Positions 28,162 to 37,096 of a DNA stretch of 64,000 bases are shown one piece after another. The translations under genes and the position numbers were made by a program. Positions within the stretch are counted from its first letter, which is position 1. Each line of letters begins with the position of its first letter. The notes below the pieces were generated by a model that was not told the DNA's origin, did no database searches, and was given only the letters and a program-made list of their open reading frames with translations. Source of the DNA: Candidatus Kuenenbacteria bacterium (GTDB taxonomy: Bacteria; Patescibacteriota; Patescibacteriia; UBA11705; JABHMO01); NCBI GenBank assembly GCA_013202715.1, contig JABMRF010000007.1, positions 8,566 through 72,565 of the forward strand, given 5' to 3'.

Positions 28162-28298
28162 AGATCAAGGAGCAAAGATCAAAGAGCAAAGTAGGCGTAA
28201 AGCATAAAGATAAAAGCATAAAGAAGTGGCTCATAGGAATCCTTCTTTAGTCTTTTTCCTTGCTCTTTTATCTTCCTTTGATCTTAGCCCCTTGATCT
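28162..28298. repeat. word-hairpin spacer: (GCAAAGATCAARG)n forward then reverse complement
   Basis: aaagatcaaggagcaaagatcaaagagcaaag … ctttgatcttagccccttgatctttgc. Confidence 0.7.
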
Positions 28299-28328
28299 TT
28301 GCCCTTAAAACTGCTATACTTACGAAAT

Positions 28329-29606
28329 ATGAAACAAATCCTAGAAAAATTATTAGCAATACTGGCTCGAGCGATTATTCGGAAATATAAACCGAAAGTA
28401 ATTGGAATTACCGGGTCAATGGGGAAGACTTCTGCCAAGGAGGCTGTTTTTTCGGTTCTAGAGAGCAAGTTTAATGTGCGCAAGAATATTAAAAACTATA
28501 ATAATGAAATTGGAGTTCCTCTCACTATTATCGGATTGGAAAGCGGTGGAAAATCCCCGATCAAATGGGGGATAGTCTTTGCAAGCGCACTGAAACAAAT
28601 TTTAATTAAAAATAAGAAATATCCAGAGATGCTTGTTTTGGAAATGGGGGCGGACAAGCCGGGAGATATTGAATACTTAGTGAAGATTTCTCCTTGTGAT
28701 ATCGGTGTTGTAACATCGATTGGCCCAGCTCATTTAGAGGAATTCAAAACTATAGAAAATATTGCTAAGGAAAAACAAAAGATTGTTACGCATTTGAATA
28801 AAAATAATACTGCAATTCTAAATCGTGATGATGAATTGGTCAAGAAAATGCATCAGAGAGTCAAAGCAAATATAATATATTTTGGTTATGATGAGGCTGC
28901 TAATATCCGCGCAATAGATATGCATCACCATGGAGAAGGGCTTGATCTCTCTGGAATAAAATTCAAAATAGCATTTGGTGGAAGTACAGTCCCGGTCATG
29001 GTACCAGGAGTCGTTGGTGCTCATCAGATCAATTCCGCTCTCATTGGCGCTGCGGTAGGTGTCGCTGTCGGGATGAATTTGATAGAAGTTTCTGAAGGAC
29101 TGAAGAATTACAAGTCCCCTAATGGCCGAATGAGTTTGGTTCCGGGCGCGAATAACACCCTTATCATTGATGACACTTATAATTCATCACCTCGCGCGGC
29201 TCATGCGGCTCTGGATACGCTTGATAAGCTCAATATTGAGCAGGTAGAGCGGAAGGTTGCTATTTTGGGGGATATGCTCGAGCTTGGCGATTATTCAGAC
29301 GAGGCGCACATTGAGCTTGGTAAAAAGGCGGTAGAGTCTGGAGTTGATCTTCTGATTTCTGTCGGAAAGTTCAGAGACTTAGTTTTACAGGGCGCAAAGG
29401 CTGCTGGGTTAAGTGAACAAAATATGTGTTCATTTGAAGATTCAATAAAAGCAACTGAACAAATAAATGAACTGATTAAAGCTAATGATTTGATACTTGT
29501 AAAAGGCTCTCAAGGGTCTCGAATGGAGCGAGTTGTGAAGAAATTGATGAAAGAGCCAGAAAAAGCTGAACAATTGCTGGTGCGGCAAGATGATAGCTGG
29601 AAATAA
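28329..29606 (+). CDS. murF: UDP-N-acetylmuramoyl-tripeptide--D-alanyl-D-alanine ligase (Mur ligase, MurF-like)
   Basis: GITGSMGKTS P-loop, …DDTYNSSP… C-domain motif. Confidence 0.8.
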   Translation: MKQILEKLLAILARAIIRKYKPKVIGITGSMGKTSAKEAVFSVLESKFNVRKNIKNYNNEIGVPLTIIGLESGGKSPIKWGIVFASALKQILIKNKKYPEMLVLEMGADKPGDIEYLVKISPCDIGVVTSIGPAHLEEFKTIENIAKEKQKIVTHLNKNNTAILNRDDELVKKMHQRVKANIIYFGYDEAANIRAIDMHHHGEGLDLSGIKFKIAFGGSTVPVMVPGVVGAHQINSALIGAAVGVAVGMNLIEVSEGLKNYKSPNGRMSLVPGANNTLIIDDTYNSSPRAAHAALDTLDKLNIEQVERKVAILGDMLELGDYSDEAHIELGKKAVESGVDLLISVGKFRDLVLQGAKAAGLSEQNMCSFEDSIKATEQINELIKANDLILVKGSQGSRMERVVKKLMKEPEKAEQLLVRQDDSWK

Positions 29607-29681
29607 GGCCCCATCGTCTAGTGGTTAGGACGCATGGTTCTCATCCATGTAACCGGAGTTCGATTCTCCGTGGGGTCACCA
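29607..29681 (+). tRNA. tRNA-Glu (anticodon CUC)
   Basis: cloverleaf: acceptor GGCCCCA/TGGGGTC, D-arm CGTC-AGTGGTTA-GGAC, anticodon stem CATGG/CCATG loop TTCTCAT, T-arm CGGAG-TTCGATT-CTCCG, encoded CCA; starts 1 nt after murF stop. Confidence 0.85.
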
Positions 29682-29779
29682 CTTTAAAAATGAACAATGA
29701 ATAATGAATAATTCGCTCAATAGGTAGAAATATGGTGTAAAATTTGCCAGTTAAATGTTTTATGTTATAATGAATTTAT

Positions 29780-30211
29780 ATGCAGGACAATAATAACAAT
29801 GAAATTACCTTAGAAAAAATCTGGCAGTATCTTCAGGAACACATGGTAACCAAAAAAGAACATGCGCAGTTAAGTGGCAAGGTTGATGTTATCAATGAGG
29901 AAGTTGGAAGATTAAGAGAGGATGTTACTGTTCTTAAGGCGGATGTTTCGGTTTTAAAAGAAGATGTTGGTATTTTGAAAGAAGATATGGCTGATATAAA
30001 ACCGCGGGTTGGCCATTTGCAAAATCAAATGGTAACCAAAGAGTATCTTGATAAAAAAACAGCAATTATTTTAGCGGAATCTGGCGCCAGACTAATGCGG
30101 CACGCAGAAAAAGATAAAACTTTTCGGCAAAAACTGGTTGATATATTCCGCAGTAAAACTTTTCCAAGTGAAGAGGGTGTGCGACAGTTGGAAGATTTGG
30201 CTAAGCAGTAA
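29780..30211 (+). CDS. hypothetical coiled-coil protein (heptad repeats EDV.VLK)
   Basis: 143 aa; REDVTVLKADVSVLKEDVGILKEDMADIK. Confidence 0.5.
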   Translation: MQDNNNNEITLEKIWQYLQEHMVTKKEHAQLSGKVDVINEEVGRLREDVTVLKADVSVLKEDVGILKEDMADIKPRVGHLQNQMVTKEYLDKKTAIILAESGARLMRHAEKDKTFRQKLVDIFRSKTFPSEEGVRQLEDLAKQ

Positions 30212-30286
30212 CAATCTGTCTAAAATTTGTTTTGAAGGAAATCTCCACGGTTGGTGGGGCTTTTTTATTTTTCTTTTAATAAAAAA

Positions 30287-30332
30287 TCTCCCCCGCGATG
30301 CGGGGGAGAATGAGGAGACCATGGTCTCCTCG
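30287..30332 (-). terminator. tandem GC-rich hairpins (GAGGAGACC/GGTCTCCTC and TCTCCCCCGC-GAT-GCGGGGGAGA) + U-run on minus strand
   Basis: downstream of minus-strand lipoprotein gene; second hairpin resembles 34344 terminator. Confidence 0.65.
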
Positions 30333-30339
30333 CGTTCGT

Positions 30340-31287
30340 TTATTTCTTTGTCTTCATGGCCGTCTCGATCCGGACGATGTTGGCAATGCCGATATCTTTG
30401 ACTGAACCGAGAAGGTCTTCTCGGACAGCCTCATAGGGAATATCATGCTTTGCCATCAATTTGAGAAGTCCGCCGATATTGCCCTCCATGGCATAGAGCA
30501 CGACCAGGGATGTGGCTGTATGTCTTACCGCGTCCGCGCAAACCTTGTATTTGTCATGCAAGGACAGAACGGTCCAGTTTGAGTAGATGCTGGTTTCCGT
30601 TTGGAAATACTCGCAGCGTCTCTCGGCGACAGGAACTCTGAGGTTCATAGGGAGGTTGTACTTCTCCCCAAGGGTGAATTTGTCTTCGTCGTTGGTTTCT
30701 TCGTCATTGAATGCTTCGAGTGCCAGCGGGACAATCATCCTCTCATAATCCAGAGAAAATGCCACGCTAATCGAAAGCCTGCTTTCATAGCTTCTCTCGG
30801 GATCATTGAAGAGCTTCATGACCAGTGGCAAGACTTTTTTATCGCGGTCCATACCGGAGTTGTTGGCAACGATGGCAGCCTCTTGCCAACGCTTACGGCT
30901 GACCAAGTAATCATAATAATCGTTGGCAATCTGGAGTTTGGCTTCGGGTGAAAACGAGTCAATAAGATATTCACTACAGGTTGCAATGTAAATAGCGCTT
31001 GGGCTACTCATACTGATTTTTTCCAGGGAGTCTTTGACTTCCTCTTTTATCAGCAGTTGCAAGTAGGCTCTGGCAGCTTCGACTGCATATTTATTCCCGT
31101 CCCGACTGAACCCATTATCTACTGGCCAGTTTTTCTCTCCATAGGTAGTACTCGCATACAGCATCGCATTCCAGTACATCCCATCTTCCATGAGCTCATC
31201 GTAGTGTGTCTGCCCTTCTGATTGGCAGCCGGCAAAAGCCAGCATTCCAACAACAATCAACGTCAGCTTGATACACAGATTTTTCAT
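30340..31287 (-). CDS. hypothetical lipoprotein (lipobox LAFAGC), GC-rich (~50%) gene
   Basis: MKNLCIKLTLIVVGMLAFAGC…; AAGGAG SD; composition far above window average. Confidence 0.6.
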   Translation of the reverse strand: MKNLCIKLTLIVVGMLAFAGCQSEGQTHYDELMEDGMYWNAMLYASTTYGEKNWPVDNGFSRDGNKYAVEAARAYLQLLIKEEVKDSLEKISMSSPSAIYIATCSEYLIDSFSPEAKLQIANDYYDYLVSRKRWQEAAIVANNSGMDRDKKVLPLVMKLFNDPERSYESRLSISVAFSLDYERMIVPLALEAFNDEETNDEDKFTLGEKYNLPMNLRVPVAERRCEYFQTETSIYSNWTVLSLHDKYKVCADAVRHTATSLVVLYAMEGNIGGLLKLMAKHDIPYEAVREDLLGSVKDIGIANIVRIETAMKTKK

Positions 31288-31493
31288 ACCTTTACTCCTT
31301 GTTTGATTTGTCAAAAAACTTCTAACCTGAACAAATCATTATAGCAGAAAAACAAAATTCTGTCAAGGGATGTGCAATTTTAGACAAAATATATGGATAT
31401 TTTGGCTTCTTCATTTTTTATTTTTTTGACTTTCACCCCACAAACAGTTAAGCTAGAATATAATATGTTATTTAACAATATAAGAGGTGCACC

Positions 31494-33245
31494 ATGCTGG
31501 AATTTGAATTTTTGGACTCAGAAAAACTTGAAAGCAGATATTTTCAGCTAGAAGACGCGGAGATCATGATTGATCGCGGTCTGAAAGGTGAAAATTGCGG
31601 ATTGGTTTATCCAACTGGAATTGGAAAAACTATTGTCGCTTTTTTTGTTATGGATCATTATCTGCGTAGCGGCAAAAAGGTCCTTTTTCTGGCTCATACC
31701 ACAGCGCTGATAAATCAGCACATGGAATCAGCCAGATCCTTGTTCAAGTTGCCGGACGAGAAGATCAATAAGATTACCGGCCGGATTTCAGAGAAAAAGC
31801 GGGTCAAGCTTTGGGGAGAAAGCAGAATTATTTTTGCCACTCCGCAAACCATTGATAATGAAATTAAAAAGGGAACAATTGACTTTGATAATGTCGGCTT
31901 TGTAGTTTTCGATGAAATGCACATGGCTGACAAAAAGTATGCTTATGTCGCACTAGCCAAGTTGGCAAAAGAAAAGGACATTCGAACAATTGGACTTACC
32001 GCATCGAGTGGTCGAGCAAAACGGATTGAAGTTCTGGAAGACAATTATAATATCAAATGGTGGGTCTATCGATCGGCTGAAGAATTAAAAAAGTTTGTTT
32101 TCCCGAAGCAACATCTGCCGATCATTATTGACTATCCTCGATTGCACCGACACGCCATGAAGTTCCTGCGAAGTAAAATTGTTTTAATCCATAACGAACT
32201 GGCCTCAACTGGCTTGATTGATCGGATTGAGGCAACTGAAGATACTGATAGGCGCTTTCCGTTTTATCGTTTGACCGAATTGAACAAGTTGTACCCACCA
32301 TTAAAGCGTTGGCTGGATAACCAAAAAAAGGAAAAACCATATTTTACAGATCCTATTAATGGCAAGAGAAGTTCCTGGCAGCATTTCATGGTGATGTATA
32401 TTGCTTATTACAAGCTGATGCATCTTCTTCACGTTTTTGTGACGGAAGGCTATGAAGTGTCACTGGAATACGTTGAAAAGATTCGATGTGAATTGGTAAA
32501 TAAAGGCACTCCAGAGCGACCGCACTACAGATATAATGCCGCTTTTGTGATTTTGTTTGATTACAATACCGAGCGTTTCATAAAGGGGCTCCATTATTTC
32601 ATTGATAATGAGATTGCCCATCCGAAGATTGCCAGGATTTTGGAATTGATTGAGGAATATAAAGATAGAAATTATCGGATGTTGGTTTTTTCAAATTTTG
32701 AAAGCACAGTGAAGGCTCTCAAAGAGTATCTAACGAAAATGGGCTATACGGTTGAAACTATTGCTGGCTCTAAGTTCATGAAGCCAAAAGAACAGCAAGC
32801 TGTTTTGGCCAGATTCAAAGAGCGCGAATTTCAAATTTTGTTGTCAACAACTGTGGTAGAGGCCGGCATTGATGTACCCAAGATCGATGTGGTGATTAAC
32901 TATTCAATGCCACTTACCGGTATTGCTCGGATTCAGCGAGGCGGTCGAGCCGGCAGAACTGCAGTTGGTTTGGTTTACTATTTGATCATGGAAAATTCAA
33001 ATGACAGCAGTTTGTACTATGCTGCCCGGTCAGATAATGTGGCTATGGTAAAGGAACTCAAAAAGCGTTTGACGATTCAAGCGCTCAGAGAGCAGGGACA
33101 TTTCTACCCAATCAGAGTGGTTCAGCACACATTACTGTTTGCTTCTGGATTTGAAGAAAGGGAAGAGTTGACTACTCGGCAAAGAGAGTCAAAAGGGCGT
33201 CGAGCACCAAGCAAGAAAAAGATTGTGAATCCCAAATTGCTATAA
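31494..33245 (+). CDS. SF2 helicase of the Hef/RIG-I/FANCM-like family (PTGxGKT Walker A, DEMH box)
   Basis: YPTGIGKT (motif I), VVFDEMH (II), …LLSTTVVEAGIDVP.IDVVINYS (V), QRGGRAGR (VI); ~190-aa insertion between RecA-like domains; no fused nuclease. Confidence 0.7.
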   Translation: MLEFEFLDSEKLESRYFQLEDAEIMIDRGLKGENCGLVYPTGIGKTIVAFFVMDHYLRSGKKVLFLAHTTALINQHMESARSLFKLPDEKINKITGRISEKKRVKLWGESRIIFATPQTIDNEIKKGTIDFDNVGFVVFDEMHMADKKYAYVALAKLAKEKDIRTIGLTASSGRAKRIEVLEDNYNIKWWVYRSAEELKKFVFPKQHLPIIIDYPRLHRHAMKFLRSKIVLIHNELASTGLIDRIEATEDTDRRFPFYRLTELNKLYPPLKRWLDNQKKEKPYFTDPINGKRSSWQHFMVMYIAYYKLMHLLHVFVTEGYEVSLEYVEKIRCELVNKGTPERPHYRYNAAFVILFDYNTERFIKGLHYFIDNEIAHPKIARILELIEEYKDRNYRMLVFSNFESTVKALKEYLTKMGYTVETIAGSKFMKPKEQQAVLARFKEREFQILLSTTVVEAGIDVPKIDVVINYSMPLTGIARIQRGGRAGRTAVGLVYYLIMENSNDSSLYYAARSDNVAMVKELKKRLTIQALREQGHFYPIRVVQHTLLFASGFEEREELTTRQRESKGRRAPSKKKIVNPKLL

Positions 33246-33330
33246 TAATAATACATGATTTAAAATTAACAAGATTAAGGCCTTCTTCGCTTTGTACTTT
33301 GTCGGAGCTTCGAAGGCCGCAGGAGGAAAA

Positions 33331-34335
33331 ATGGAAGAAAAAACTTCACTATTTTCCGGTATACATAAGCATGACGGAACTTGGGTCAAGGATTTGCCAG
33401 ATCGAGTTGGCGAAACGATTTTTGAGCGGTTCATGGTCTATGAGCCACCTGAAATTCGAGAGTCAAAGAACGATACGTTCTTTTTGTCAGTTGTGATCGG
33501 AGACAAAACCGGTCGCATCAAACTGACTATGTGGCAAGTTCCCATCTTTGACAAAGCAAAAGCACTGGCTATGTTTGAAGTTGAAAAGGTCTACACCCTT
33601 GAGGCCAGAGTTCGTCTATATCGAGGTCAGATCAACTTGAGCTTGAGCTATGCTGGCAAGGAATCCAAGCTTTGGCTTTGTGAACATTCAGATGACGAAA
33701 GTAAATCTGATTATCAATTTGCGGATTACTGTCAGGTCCCAAATGACTGGACAGTTGTCCCTGTTCAGGAAATGATTGAATTTGTGACAGATGTGATTCA
33801 GAATGTCGAACATGATGCATACAACAGGATTCTTCGGTCCCTTTGGGAAGATGAAGAATGGCGTGCTCAGTTCATAAAATGGCCGGCTGCCAAGTGGTAT
33901 CATCATGCCTATTACGGCGGATTACTTGAACACGTTTACGAAATGCTTCAGGGAGTGAACACATTTATTGTTCATTATCCGAACTTGAATCTGGACCTAC
34001 TCCGAACCGCAATCATTCTCCATGATGTAGGGAAGTTCAAGGAGTATCGTGTAGGAGTTCAGATTGAAACCGTGAAAAGAGCCTATAGAATCGGCCACAT
34101 GGTATATATTCTTTTGCAAGTCGATCGGCTTGTTCGTAAAAAGGAAATTGAAATTACTGAGGAAGATTTGGAAGATCTGATTCATTTGATTATTTCTCAT
34201 CACGGCGAAGTCGAGCTTGGCTTTGGCTCAGCTGTAAGCCCAGACCTACCGGAGGCAAAGATCCTTTACCAATTGGATCAGCTGTCCTCAAAAACCAATC
34301 AAGAGTACTTGAAATCAAGGCGCGAAGCGCTTTAG
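33331..34335 (+). CDS. OB-fold + HD-domain nuclease, YhaM (3'-5' exonuclease)-like
   Basis: N-terminal OB fold; HD motifs H.AYYGGLLEH, ILHDVGK, SHHG; AGGAGG SD; 85 nt after helicase stop. Confidence 0.6.
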   Translation: MEEKTSLFSGIHKHDGTWVKDLPDRVGETIFERFMVYEPPEIRESKNDTFFLSVVIGDKTGRIKLTMWQVPIFDKAKALAMFEVEKVYTLEARVRLYRGQINLSLSYAGKESKLWLCEHSDDESKSDYQFADYCQVPNDWTVVPVQEMIEFVTDVIQNVEHDAYNRILRSLWEDEEWRAQFIKWPAAKWYHHAYYGGLLEHVYEMLQGVNTFIVHYPNLNLDLLRTAIILHDVGKFKEYRVGVQIETVKRAYRIGHMVYILLQVDRLVRKKEIEITEEDLEDLIHLIISHHGEVELGFGSAVSPDLPEAKILYQLDQLSSKTNQEYLKSRREAL

Positions 34336-34343
34336 ACAAGTTA

Positions 34344-34374
34344 AGTCCCCCCCGCATTGCGGGGGGGACTTTTA
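34344..34374 (+). terminator. rho-independent terminator (GTCCCCCCCGC-ATT-GCGGGGGGGAC + U4)
   Basis: 11-bp GC stem + TTTT. Confidence 0.75.
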
Positions 34375-34582
34375 AAATCCAAAATGCAAAATGCCGTTCG
34401 GCCTCGAGCTCACGGCCGAGAGGTAAAACCACAGTTAAAATTCAGAATAAAAAATATTTTTTAAATTTATTATTTAAGGTATGTGGTTTTACATTTTTCA
34501 TTTTACATTCTGCAGCTCTTGCATTATTTATAAAAATATACTACAATAATACAAGATAAATAATCGGAGAGAATTAATAAAT

Positions 34583-34768
34583 ATGTTTGGATTTGAACAA
34601 CTAGGATTTAAAAGAGATAAGGAGGTTGCGCTTGGTAACCCTGTTTCTGCTTTAATTAAGGAGTTAGAGACCATTCCTGACGGAGAAAGAGTAGAGGCTG
34701 GCCAGATTATTCATGGATTAAATAGTGATGTAGCTAGCTTTTTATTTGAAAATAAAGATTCTTTATGA
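34583..34768 (+). CDS. hypothetical small protein (61 aa)
   Basis: GGAGA SD; stop overlaps next start (ATGA). Confidence 0.35.
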   Translation: MFGFEQLGFKRDKEVALGNPVSALIKELETIPDGERVEAGQIIHGLNSDVASFLFENKDSL

Positions 34769-35049
34769 ACGATACTCAAGTAGCTCAAATCGAAGGGCTT
34801 TTGAAAAATTCAGAATTAGATAATCGCTCGCAGGAGTTGATGCGGCAGTTTTTTAATTCTATTGCCGAACAGCCACAATATCCTAAGATCGTCAGTTTGC
34901 TGGAAAGATTTCCTTCTGTTTTTGAAAACTTTTGCAACTGCTTTCAGGTGAAGCGAGATTTTCTTAAACAAGGAAAAAGTGAAGAAGAATGGAATACTTT
35001 TGTTGCAAAGGAAGATGAGATGTTTGAGCAGATGGAGAAGGAAGAATAG
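34765..35049 (+). CDS. hypothetical small acidic protein (94 aa)
   Basis: translationally coupled to 34583 ORF. Confidence 0.35.
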   Translation: MNDTQVAQIEGLLKNSELDNRSQELMRQFFNSIAEQPQYPKIVSLLERFPSVFENFCNCFQVKRDFLKQGKSEEEWNTFVAKEDEMFEQMEKEE

Positions 35050-35244
35050 GTAATAGGTAATAGGTAATAGGTAATAGCTTATAGACTGAAGGGCTAAAAG
35101 GTCCTTTTTTTGTTTTTAAATAGTTATCCACAGGTGATCCTTGCTGTTCGTATTTTGTTCGGTTATAATAAATATATACGAACAGAAACCGAACTGGAGA
35201 ATAAAATTTTCAATTTCCAATTTCTAGTTTACAATAAATTTTCA

Positions 35245-35631
35245 ATGACAAAATTTTCAAATATGAGTAGTAATAATAACAAATATGATTTAGAAGAAAG
35301 GACCGCCAAGTTTGGTGAGGATATTATTGATTTGTGTCAAAAGATAGAGAAAGATTTCATTAATCGTCCAATACTAAATCAATTACTTCGTTCAGGAACC
35401 TCTATTGGGGCGAACTATATGGAAGCAAATGGTGCCAGTTCAAAAAAAGATTTTCGTAATAAGATTTTTATTTGCAAAAAAGAAGCTCAAGAGACAAAGC
35501 ATTGGCTGCGTATGACTAAAAAGGCTATTTCAATTGAAAATCAAAAAGTAGAATATTTGGCAAATGAAGGACAAGAATTGATATTCATTTTTCAAAAGAT
35601 AACGAGTTCCTTGGACAGTAAAAAGGTTTGA
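35245..35631 (+). CDS. four-helix-bundle protein (TIGR02436 / '23S rRNA intervening-sequence protein' family), copy 1
   Basis: …FINRPILNQLLRSGTSIGANYMEA……EAQETKHWL… family hallmarks; start uncertain (35110/35245/35263). Confidence 0.6.
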   Translation: MTKFSNMSSNNNKYDLEERTAKFGEDIIDLCQKIEKDFINRPILNQLLRSGTSIGANYMEANGASSKKDFRNKIFICKKEAQETKHWLRMTKKAISIENQKVEYLANEGQELIFIFQKITSSLDSKKV

Positions 35632-35697
35632 AAATTAAAAATTGTAAATTTAATGAAAATTGTAAAATTGAAAATTATAAATTAACCATCATATCGT

Positions 35698-36300
35698 ATG
35701 ACTCTCACAAAACGTCAAAGTGAAGTACTCAAATTTGTAAAAACATTTATCAAAGATTATGACTATTCGCCGAGCTATCGGGAGGTCGCAGATGGCCTAG
35801 GATTGTCCTCTCCAGCAACTGTGCATCAGCATTTGCAGACTTTGAAGAGTAAAGGATATTTAAATATGGATCCGGAGTCAGCTCGTGGACTTGAGCTGAC
35901 AAGTAAAGTAATGAGGCTGGCGAAATCAATTGAACTGCCTCTGGTTGGTTTGATCACTGCGGGTGCTCCAATTGAAGCGGTTGAAGAAAATGAAACTATG
36001 GCTGTGCCGGCTGATCTTGTTCCAGATGAAAATGCCTTTGTGCTGAAAGTCAGTGGAGAGTCAATGATCGAAGAAGGAATTTTGGACGGCGACTTCGTCG
36101 TAGTCGAACGTAATCATTCTCCTCAAAATGGAGATGTCGTGGTGGCTTTGCTAAATAATGCCTTTGCAACTTTGAAAAAATTCTACCGTGAAACAAATCG
36201 TATTCGTCTGCAACCGGCTAATTCTGCCATGAAACCGATTTATTGCAGAGATGTAGCGATTCGCGGAGTTGTGCGAGCTATAATTCGTAAGTTCAACTAA
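35698..36300 (+). CDS. lexA: LexA repressor (S24 peptidase)
   Basis: N-terminal wHTH; AG cleavage site (ITAGAP), GESM Ser and LKKF Lys catalytic dyad. Confidence 0.9.
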   Translation: MTLTKRQSEVLKFVKTFIKDYDYSPSYREVADGLGLSSPATVHQHLQTLKSKGYLNMDPESARGLELTSKVMRLAKSIELPLVGLITAGAPIEAVEENETMAVPADLVPDENAFVLKVSGESMIEEGILDGDFVVVERNHSPQNGDVVVALLNNAFATLKKFYRETNRIRLQPANSAMKPIYCRDVAIRGVVRAIIRKFN

Positions 36301-36301
36301 T

Positions 36302-36769
36302 ATGTGCGCAGGAATTACATTCCCAATCGATACAATAGATGCTTTTGAGCTGGATCAGTTTTTTACACCGGAAGAATTCAGAAAACAAAGAAAAGGGGAT
36401 TCAATTCAAACGTTCTTTTGGCAAAATAAACCCTTTTTACCGGCAGAGGATGAATCAGGAAATATTCATCTCTATCCTTGGGGCAATCGAGACAAGCTCT
36501 TGAAAATGCCAAAAACTGGTTGGGCCAGACTGGAATCAATTCAGGATGGCCGGTGGGACTACTTAGCGCCAAAAGCTGTCTGGATTCCAAGTCTGATGGG
36601 TTATGAAAAACGCAAATGGTTCAAAACCCCGGGAGGCCTCAAGGGCGTCCGCGTTCGTCTCCATAATACAACGCGGGTTTACATGTTAACAACAAAGGCC
36701 AATCAAGAATTTAGAGAATATACGGGGCATGATAGGATGCCGGTTGGAAAAATAGTTTATTTGAAATAA
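36302..36769 (+). CDS. hypothetical protein with Met-Cys N-terminus; possibly truncated SRAP (SOS-response-associated peptidase)-like
   Basis: MCAG… N-terminus and …YPWGNRDKLLKMPKTGWARLESI… resembling SRAP WG…INARAE segment; 2 nt after lexA stop. Confidence 0.35.
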   Translation: MCAGITFPIDTIDAFELDQFFTPEEFRKQRKGDSIQTFFWQNKPFLPAEDESGNIHLYPWGNRDKLLKMPKTGWARLESIQDGRWDYLAPKAVWIPSLMGYEKRKWFKTPGGLKGVRVRLHNTTRVYMLTTKANQEFREYTGHDRMPVGKIVYLK

Positions 36770-37096
36770 TTAATAAAATATGGCAAGGGAGTTGAATATT
36801 TACAAGCCCCGAACCACTTACGTACTTTGTTCGTTTGGGTTCAGGGCAAGCATGGATATTTAACTCCGCTCTTGCCGGAAAAAAAGTATGTCTAAAAGAA
36901 AAATAAAAAAAGCTTACAGAGAAGTCAAATGTTTTTGGCAAGATTTAACAATTAACATCTAAATTTATGAAACAAGTTACTTTCGTTCCGCTAACTCCGG
37001 ATTTAATTATTAAGATTAAAGTTTAATTATGACAAACGAGGAGCTTAAAAAGTCGATTCTTACGTTTTTGAGGAGATTGGTGGAATAAAAAAATTT

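Noticed and set aside
31288-31493. Promoter for helicase / divergent lipoprotein gene
   Set aside because: TATAAT and TTGACA-like hexamers are present but in the wrong order or spacing for either strand. No confident promoter call.
35632-35697. LexA operator upstream of lexA
   Set aside because: No CTGT-N8-ACAG or CGAAC-N4-GTTCG palindrome. Only tandem GAAAATTGTAAA repeats were found, which are reported as a low-confidence candidate in findings rather than a feature.
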